A stretch of 64,000 nucleotides of DNA from the human T2T-CHM13v2.0 reference genome, Homo sapiens, in the NCBI RefSeq assembly GCF_009914755.1, contig NC_060938.1; one strand, given 5' to 3'. Position numbers and translations under genes: made by a program. Below, in pieces: positions 46,943 to 64,000 of this stretch. The first letter of the stretch is position 1, and each line of letters begins with the position of its first letter. Below the pieces are notes generated by a model. It did no database searches. It was not told where the DNA came from and saw only the letters and a program-made list of their open reading frames with translations.

Positions 46943-48272
46943 GACACCTTTGGCTTATGAATGTTTCTTTGAAATTATAGTGTGGTCTGACCAAGCAAGA
47001 ATAGATAGGGACAATGTTCATTTGGTTCAGTTTTAATTAATGAAGCCTAAAATTATAGTCAGCTATAATCCCTGCCTTTCCACATACTGCTGAAGGACAT
47101 ATTTATCTGAAATATACTGTACCAATTGTTTGTTTGCTTTTTTAGAGACGGTTTTGCTCTGCCATCCAGACTGGATTGCAGTGGTGTGATCATAGCTCAC
47201 TGCAGCCTCCAACTCCTGTGCTCAAGGATCCTCCCACTTTGGCCTCCCAAAGTGCTGGGACTACAGGTGTGAGCTACTGTGCCTGACCTGTACTATTAAT
47301 TTTCTAACTTACATACTGAATTTTACAATTAGGCTTACCTAATAATTCTTTAGTGTCAATGAATACATTAGTAAACCTTAACAACTACATGTAATCTACA
47401 AATTTAATTTTATGTGATTTTCCATCCAAATAATTACTAAAAATGTTAAATGTAATAGAGCCCGTGATGGAACCTTGCAATGTAACCAAAAGCCTCAGTC
47501 CAGGGGAACATTTACCTGCTTTTGTGGGTCAAAGTCATTCAAGCAAGGTCTAACTGCATCATAATCTGCTCCACAGTTTTTCATTTGGTCCACAAGTAGT
47601 TTCATGCTTTACATTCTTTGTATAGCATTTTCCAGACTACGAATATGCTAATCTTATCTGAAAAATAAAGTTAGTGTGGCTTAACCTGTTTTTGGTAAAC
47701 TTAGGCTGGCTCTAAATGATCATGTCTTTTCCTTAAGTACGCTCAAATCACCTATGAAAATCCAATCTAGACTTGTTCCTGGCATTAATGTTAAGTTTGC
47801 CAGAATATGTCTTCCTTCCTTGTCAAAAATCTTGCTGTTCTGACTTTACAGTCTTTTGACCCCTCTATTCTTATAATTCCTCAACTATGAATCACTGTGA
47901 TGACATAAGTAAGGAGATGGAAGAACTGTACATTATAACAAAAGTATTCTGCATATTTAAAAAATGCCATGTAAAAAAAGATTGATAAAGCAAATATTCT
48001 CTTATCTATAGCTCTCTAAACACTATTATTGTACTTATTGGAGTAAATCCCAAAATTTAGTCCAGTTTGTTGTATGTGCGTACAAATGTTGGCTAATTTA
48101 AAATACAGAAGATATATAATAGAAACTTTTCTCATTAAAGTCTTCTTAACAACAGGGAAAAATAAATATTACCTATTCCAACCTTCTGCAAAAGGTCTGG
48201 AGGTCATTACGGCCCTAAGATGTTCACTTTATCCAGGTCCCATTTTTAGTTTTAAAAAATTCATGGACGCAT

Positions 48273-51126
<2,854 letters not shown>

Positions 51127-51629
51127 TCACAGAAGATATACTAAAGATCATTTAACCCACCCCTCTTATTTTCAGGTGAGAAAACTGCAGGTTAAGGGCC
51201 TTAGCCAAAGTCATACAGCCAGCTGCTAGAAGTATCAGACTCAGCATCGTGTCACCTTTCCCACGTCAATATTACACGGTCAGTCCTGGAGAGAAACATC
51301 AGGATGCTCCACTGAGGGTTTTATTTGTTTGCATATAGTATACTAACTGCATAATGAGTTAATCAGAACATAGCTAACAAGGACCTACTTGAGAGATCAA
51401 ATGAATAAGAGATAATGTATAGGGATATAAATAGTTATAATTATAGGTACTTAATTCTAAAAACAATCTTTAACTTTTGTCACTATTAGTCATGGAGGTA
51501 TTCCATGTGTCACTTAGAACAGATATACATAGTCTATTGAGAGTTAAAAAAAAACAATTTGAGGACAGATTACTCCAACATTTTAATTCAAATAGTATCT
51601 AGAATTGAGAAAAAAATTAAGACTATATT

Positions 51630-51920
51630 CAACAGGATGTAAATACTAAGTTTGACGTAAACTTCCTGAGAAGTGGAGGTTTGCTCGGAAACTTCCTGCT
51701 TGGTCATAACAGAGAGCTGGAACACATCAGTTTACCTCTCTTGATCTGGTCTGATACTGTTGGTTTAAAATGCTGATTTGGGATTATTCTTAGCCAAAGT
51801 AGCCAAAGCACAGCATTGTGTTGACTGTATTTTGGGAGGTAATTATAAGGTGGGAAAGAAGTATTACCTAGTTTTTAAATAAAAAGGAGTCTAATGAACA
51901 TGTGACTTCCTGGAAAGCAA
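51630..51920. promoter_or_regulatory. Candidate enhancer (ETS/STAT/CRE-like motif cluster)
   Basis: ACTTCCTG at 51661, 51691 and 51905; CAGGATGT at 51633; TGACGTAA at 51653; TTCCTGAGAA at 51663; TTCCTGGAA at 51907. All in apparently non-repeat DNA. Confidence 0.4.
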
Positions 51921-52030
51921 AGCACAGAATAGAAAATGTGTAATTTACAGCTTTCAGTTTTCTGTTCTCTTTATTGAAGTAGCTGTTCCTATCACTGCCA
52001 GCCCTTTGGCCATCCAAAGTTGCAGCTGTC

Positions 52031-52062
<32 letters not shown>

Positions 52063-54166
52063 GTTAAGACAAGGTCTCGCTCTGTCACCCAGGCTGGAGT
52101 GGATATGGATGTCCTATAACTAATCAATCTCCAGCTACTGGACGTTTAGGTGGTTTCCAATTTACTACCATTATAAAACAACACTGTAGTAAACCATCAT
52201 ACAGAAATCATTTTGCAAATATCCGATTATTTTCTTAAGTTTTTAGAAACTGAACTGTTTAGTCAAGGTATTTAAACATTTTTAAGGCCTTTGTGACACT
52301 GCTGTCAGCAACAGATGAGGATTTCCTATTCTGATGGGTGGAACTTTTCTAGGGGTGGTAATATCTCTTACGTGAAGTCTTGTTTTGTTTTGAAGATGCA
52401 GGAAGTTATATAACAGAGACTTTCCTTGCTGGCACACTGTACCAGGAAGGAGACACAGCACTCTATCCACCCTACTTGGCCAGTTTGGTATTTGAATGGA
52501 AAGGGCAAGTTTGTTTTTGAGGTGGTGTGTCACACTTGTGTCATGTGAGACACAATATGTAGATCAAAGAGGAGAAAAACCTTTGGGCAATTCTATTAGT
52601 CTTCAGTGTGCTTTTGCTAAATATCTTCAATTAAGCAATCTATTACAGATGGATGGTACTGGTTTTTCTTCCCTGAATCCTCCCCTCTTCAAAGGTGATA
52701 ACTAATTTCATTATTTTCATTAAATATCCATAGACTGAAAGATCAGGTTCTCAAAGATAGTTTCTTTAATTGTAAACTGTCTAATTTTTACTAAAACAAA
52801 TAAAAAGAAAACCAAGTGGTATTAACTTTGATTTGAGTATATGTGTGATGAGGGTTAATCCTTTCCTGTTTTAATGTGTATGATACGAAGTGTATCTGCC
52901 TCAATTTTTATTTATTTATTTTTTGAGACAGAGTCTTGCTCTGTCGTCCAGGCTGGAATGCAGTGGTGCAATCTCGGCTCACTGCAATCTCCGCCCTTGG
53001 TTCAAGTGATTCTCCTGCCTCAGCCTCCTGAGTAGCAGGGATTACAGGTGTGTGCCACCATGCCAGGCTAATTTTTGTATTTTTAGTAGAGATAGGGTTT
53101 TGTCATGTTGGCCAGGCTCGTCTCAAACTCCTGACCTCAGGTGATCCGCCCACCTTGGCCTCCCAAAGTGCTGGGATTATAGGGGTGAGCTACCATGCCT
53201 GGCCCTGTCTCAAATTTTAGTGCAGTGCAATCTATCACTAAGAAATTTCAAAGCTGTTATTTAAGATGTTAATTATATAATACACAAATATCACGGTTGT
53301 GTGGTTTAACCTGTTAAGACATGCTTAGAAAAGAGAACGTGAGTATACTGACTTTATTACAAGCCTATATTGGAAGATATATGGTAATACATAGGTATGT
53401 ATAACTCCCTGATAACAATAGGTTATGCATTATTTAAAAACATAATGTCAAACAGCATTACAGTTGGTAATTTATTTAAAGACTACAAGCTTGCTTGTCT
53501 GTTCACTACTGCATTTCTATCCTGAACATTTCTGGATATATTACTATATATCAGGTTTATATACTTTTACTATAGGTATATAAATATTTGCTGAATGAAT
53601 AAAATAGGAAGATAATTTTAAAAGGTAAAAAATGGCATTTAATTTATAAAACATAATAAACAAAAGTTCTAAATCGTATTAAGTTCTAAAACAAACCAGA
53701 TTTGTCAACATAATTCCAAGTTTAATTCCAAACTTAAAAATGGTAGCATGTAATATCAGTTCACTGAATATTGTAATTAGATATTAAAAGTTCAGATATG
53801 AGTAGTAAAGGCAGAGTGGGACTTGTAATACCAGGGTCAAAGGTAGTGCTTGGGGTCTGACTAAATATTTGAAAAAGGACATCAACCTGTGTGGACAGGT
53901 GTTTATGAAGGATGAGAAAGAAGGCAACTTCTTTTTTTCTCTGGTTCTGTGGGCTTCTCTTTAACTTTTGTTTTTTCACTCTTTATCATCCAAAACTAAA
54001 GGATTCATGAACTTTGAAGGATCTGAGCAATCGATCTTTGTAAATAGGTAACTTGACACAGTCTTAGGGGAATTAATGATAGTGTATGATAGACTTAATG
54101 GAAGCTTAGAAAACACTCTTTTTTTGGTTAACTACCATAGGCACTCTATTTATTTATTTATTTACT

Positions 54167-54265
54167 AAAGGCTAGCCAAGTGAAGCAGTGGGAGTAGAGA
54201 AAGAACAAAGAAATCTGGAACTGGTTGTGATTAATTAGTCATAAACCACTGCACTCGGACCAGCC
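54167..54265 (-). pseudogene. Y3 RNA (RNY3) retropseudogene
   Basis: Reverse complement reads GGCTGGTCCGAGTGCAGTGGTTTATGACTAATTAATCACAACCAGTTCCAGATTTCTTTGTTCTTTCTCTACTCCCACTGCTTCACTTGGCTAGCCTTT, close to hY3. (AAAT)n tail at 54148-54166. 12-bp TSDs CATAGGCACTCT (54136-54147) and CATATGCACTCT (54266-54277). Confidence 0.93.
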
Positions 54266-54461
54266 CATATGCACTCTTTAAAACTTAAAACTTTTTACCA
54301 AAATCTTAAATATCAGAACAAGTCAGAAAGCTTGTTTTTTTTAAACCTTGTTTTTATTATGAAATGTATTACACATAACAAAAACTTCATAAAACATATA
54401 TATAGATTTAAAAAATAATAAAGAAACATTTATGTACTCACCAGCTTAAGAATAATTTTTT

Positions 54462-55505
54462 GGGTGGGCACAGGGGCTCATGCCTGTAATCTCAGCACTT
54501 TGGGAGGCTGAGACTGGAGGATCACTTGAGCCCTGGAGTTTGAGACCAGCCCAGGCAACAGAGACCCCATCTTCACAAAAAATAAAAAATTAGGCTGGGC
54601 ATGGTGGCTCACGCCTGTAATCCCAGCTCTTTGGGAGGCTGCGGTGGGTGGATCACAAGGTCAAGAGATAGAGGCCAACATGGCGAAACGCTGTCTCTGC
54701 TAAAAATACAAAAATTAGCTGGGCGTGGTGGTGTGTACCTGTAATTCCAGCTACTCAGGAGGCTGAGGTAGGAGAATCACTTGAACTCAGGAGGCAGAGG
54801 TTGCAGGGAGCTAAGATCGTGTCACTAAACTCCAGCCAGGTGACAGAGTGAGACTGTCTCAAAAAAAAAAAAAAAAAAGAAAGAAAAAGAAAAAGAAAAT
54901 TAGCCAAGTGTGGTGGCTCACACCTGTAATCCTAGCACTTTGGGAGGCTGGGGTGGGCAAACTGCTTGAGCCCAGGAGTTTGAGACCAGCCTGGGCAACT
55001 TCGTGAAACTCTGTTTCTACAAAAAAAATTTAAAAATTAGCTGGGCGGCCGGGCGCCGTGGCTCACATCTGTAATCCCAGCACTTTGGGAGGCCGAGGCA
55101 GGTGGATCACGAGGTCAGGAGATCGAGACCATCCTGGCTAACACGGTGAAACCCCGTCTCTACTAAATATACAAAAATTAGCTGGGCGTAGTGGCAGGCG
55201 CCTGTATTCCCAGCTACTCGGGAGGCTGAGGCAGGAGAATGGCGTGAGCCCAGAGGGTGGAGCTTGCAGTGAACCGAGATGGAGCCACTGTACTCCACTC
55301 TGGGCGACAGAGCGACACTCCGTCTCAAAAAAAAAAAAAAAAAAAAAATTAGCTGGGCATCGTGGTGTGCACCTGCAGTCCCAGCTATTCCGGAGGCTGA
55401 GGCTGCAGTGAGACATGATTGTGCCGCTGCACTCCAGCCTGGGCAATAGAGTAAGACCCTCTATCAAAAAAAAAAAAAAAAAAAAAAAGAAGAAGAAGAA
55501 GAAGA
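54462..55505 (+). repeat. Multiply nested sense Alu stack
   Basis: Alus inserted into linkers of older Alus. TSD AAAAATTAGCTGGGC at about 55032 and 55344. Confidence 0.9.
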
Positions 55506-55968
55506 ATTTCTTAAATTAACTATCTATGAGAATTGTGAGGTTGACTGTCGTTTTCCAGCTGAGTTTCACAAAATGGGGCCTGCTTAATAAAACAGATTGA
55601 TACATTCAAATCCACAGGCTCTGGTAATTTGTACTAACGAATACTTATTTCTAGAATTGACCAGAGTTATCACAGAACTAGGAGTGTATTATTTTACAGA
55701 ATAGTGGAGAACTAATTAAGTACCTATGACTTGTAAAAATAGAAGCTCATGGTTTTTAAATGGAAAAGTCTGACTGGAAACTACAGTCCTTTAATATTAA
55801 TTTCTAAACTCAGAAGTGAGATTATGATACAATCGGTTGGCAACTATCTAAGTTTTTCCTAGGCAATACCTCCCGTGGCTGGGTAAAGAATATATCTTCT
55901 CACATGCATATTAATTTCTTTGAGTGAAATCTGAGTTAGGTGTAAGTTAATATTTATCAAACAGAATC

Positions 55969-56546
55969 TATATTAGTTATCTCTTGCTGTATGAAAAATT
56001 ACCCCCAAACTTGGTGCCTTAAAGCAATAAACAATTATTTTCTTACAGAGTCTATGAGTAAGGAAGCTAGGCAAAGCTTAGTTGGGTCTCTTGGCTCTGG
56101 GTTTCTCATAAGGCTGTATAAAAGGTGTTGAGCGGGTGCTGCAGTCATCTTAAGGCTTGACTAGGTGTTGATGTTGGTAGGACTTAGTCCCTATCAGGGT
56201 GTTGCACTCAGGGCCTCCGTTCCTCACTGGCTGTTGACTAGAGGCTACCCTCCGTTTTTCTGCCATATGGACCTATCCTTTGGATTGTGACCTATCCTTT
56301 GGAAATTGCAACATGGCAATTTCCTACATTGGAATGAGCAAGTGAGAGCGCAAGAGAGAGAGGAAGATGAAAGTCACAGTCTTTTGTAACCTAATCTCAG
56401 ATGTGACATTCTGTCACTTTGCCATATTCTATTCTTTTGAAAGAGGTCATTAGGTCCGGCCCAAGCACAAGAGGAGGAAATTACACAAGGATGTGAAAAC
56501 CAGAAGGTACGGTGCTTAGGAGTCATTTTAGATGCAGCCTACCACA
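55969..56546 (-). mobile_element. MLT1F/G/H-like MaLR LTR
   Basis: TATTAGTTATCTCTTGCTGTATGAAAAATTACCCCCAAACTTGGTGCCTTAAAGCAATAAAC ... GCAGCCTACCACA, a typical antisense MLT1 layout. Confidence 0.7.
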
Positions 56547-56601
56547 GTAACTCAGAAAGAAGGAAATACAAAAAGTAAAAATGCTTCAACAACAAGTGCT
56601 A

Positions 56602-56634
<33 letters not shown>

Positions 56635-56637
56635 ATA

Positions 56638-59510
<2,873 letters not shown>

Positions 59511-60014
59511 AGGGTTAAAATCTTTTAGAACAATTATTATGCTGCTGTATTAGGAAAGCACATCCTTCCCACTTAGTAACCATCCCATTTAGCCCCCCAA
59601 AGGAGCAAAAGATGCTTTGTTCTTAGATGATTAGTGGAAGATGATAACCACATCTGTACCCACTGGCACCCTTACACAGTAACATTTCTGCTGTGCCTTC
59701 CCTTTTGTCAGAGGTAGCCTTCCGGGCGCATTTCATCCATTTGACAGGAGTGCTGACAAGAAACTCTTAGGTGATCAGGATCTAATAAGCCTGCGAGAGA
59801 GGTGGTTGTGTTAAAACCCCTTTTCAGTTGTACCCCCTTTATAAAAACTGTGTTTGAAACTTTCCACACCTCTTCTTGGCCCAAAGGTGATTATTTTTGT
59901 TCGGAAATTGTGAGATAACTCATCTGAGGTGAGGTTTTCTTTTAGTACTCCCAGGAGAAGATATATTTCTCTTTTCACTTTGAAAGTTTTCCTTTAAAAA
60001 TAATTTCTTGTTTG

Positions 60015-61196
60015 TCCCTCTCCAAGATGGCTGCTGAAGACAAGTTACTGCTGCCACAGCTCCCCGAGCTGTTTGAAACCAGCAAACAGCTTCTGGATGA
60101 TGTAGAAGTAGTGACTGAACCTGCCGGTTCCCGGATAGTCCAGGAGAAGGTGTTCAAGGGCCTGGACCTCCTTGAGAAGGCTGCCGAAATGTTATCGCAG
60201 CTTGACTTGTTCAGCTAAAATGAAGATTTGGAAGTGATTGCTTCCACCGACCTGAAGTACCTGTTGGTGCCAGTGTTTCAAGGAGCCTTCACCATGAAAC
60301 AAGTCAAGCCCAGCAAGCGTCTAGATCATTTGCAGTGGGCTCAAGAGCACTATAAACTAATTAACTGTGCCATTGCTATCAGGTGGCAGAGCTTGAGCTG
60401 CCGAAAACCAAGAACTCAGCTGAAAAATCACACTGCTAATTTCTCCATGGCTTATCCTAGCCTCATTGCTATGGCATCTCAAAGACAGGCTAAAAGAGAG
60501 AGACACAAGCAGAAGGAGTTGGAGCACAGGTTGTCTGCAATCAAATCTGCTGTGGAAACTGGTCAAGCAGATGATGAGCGTGTTCGTGAATATTATCTTC
60601 TTCACCTTCAGAGGTGAACTGATATCAGCTTAGAAGAGATTGAGAGCATTGACCAGGAAATAAAGATCCTGAGAGAAAGAGACTCTTCAAGAGAGGCATC
60701 AACTTCTAACTCATCTCGCCAGGAGAGGCCTCCAGTGAAACCCTTCATTCTCACTCGGAACATGGCCCAAGTCAAAGTATTTGGAGCTGGTTATCCAAGT
60801 CTGGCAACTATGACGGTGAGTGACTGGTATAAGCAACATTGGAAATATGGAGCATTACCAGATCAGGGAATAGCCAAGGCAACACCAGAGGAATTCAGAA
60901 AAGCAGCTCAGCAACAGGAAGGTCAAGAAGAAAAGGAGGAAGAGGATGATGAACAAACACTCTACAGAGTTCGGGAGTGGGATGACTGGAAGGGCATCCA
61001 TCCTAGGGACTATGGCAGCCAACAGAGCATGGGCTGATCTTCCCACAAATGAGAGGACTGAAGGGTGCACACCTCCCACGCCAAGGAAAACCATGCAGTC
61101 CTCATCTCCCTGGGCTTCCGCTTCAGCTGTGTACAACGAAGGCAAAGATGCTAAATCTTGCTTTGCTTTCAATAAAGTGTCCAGTGATTAAAAAAA
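60015..61196 (+). pseudogene. IGBP1P1: Processed IGBP1 (alpha4, PP2A regulatory protein) pseudogene, full-length CDS remnant 60027-61037
   Basis: ORF fragments [23 protein letters not shown]..., IASTDLKYLLVP...RVREYYLLHLQR and KPFILTRNMAQ.KVFGAGYPSL.TMTVSDWY...REWDDWK..HPR.YG....MG* match IGBP1. Intronless. Premature stops at 60216-60218 and 60615-60617 and indels near 60350-60425. AATAAA at 61171-61176 followed by a short A-run. The family call is secure; the symbol IGBP1P1 is from memory and less certain. Confidence 0.92.
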
Positions 61197-61313
61197 TTTT
61201 TTTTTTCTGAGATGCCTTCTATGTTCAGTCATTCTGCAACTTGGGCTGGAAAATGATACTAATTATTTTTGGCTTCATTGGAGTAACTACTGGCCACTTG
61301 AAAATTAAATTTT

Positions 61314-64000
<2,687 letters not shown>

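Noticed and set aside
60357-61191. Alternative-frame and antisense ORFs over the IGBP1 pseudogene
   Set aside because: Shadow ORFs of coding-like sequence with no independent support.

Overview
Primate (almost certainly human) intergenic or intronic DNA with very high Alu density: by eye roughly 90 or more full or partial Alus, many nested or in tandem. Older L1M, L2, MIR, MaLR and ERV1 LTRs and hAT/piggyBac DNA-transposon fossils lie between them. I see no intact protein-coding gene, CpG island or convincing spliced coding exon, and nearly all ORFs in the track are Alu-derived artefacts. Recognisable host-gene-derived features are: (1) a processed SUMO2 pseudogene (41853-42934) whose reading frame joins SUMO2 exon 1 directly to exon 3; (2) a full-length processed IGBP1 (alpha4) pseudogene (about 60015-61196), which from memory resembles IGBP1P1 at 14q13.2 between BAZ1A and SRP54 (needs BLAT); (3) a Y3 RNA pseudogene (54167-54265). 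I find no evidence for a new multi-gene system. The most interesting observations are the exon-skipped SUMO2 retrocopy with an intact frame and di-Gly end, several template-switch or palindrome footprints, two TSD-flanked 'tail-only' micro-insertions, a MER75 piggyBac element nested in an L1, and an ETS/STAT motif cluster. Repeat family names and parent-gene comparisons come from recalled consensus sequences, not from a search. Repeat boundaries are approximate.
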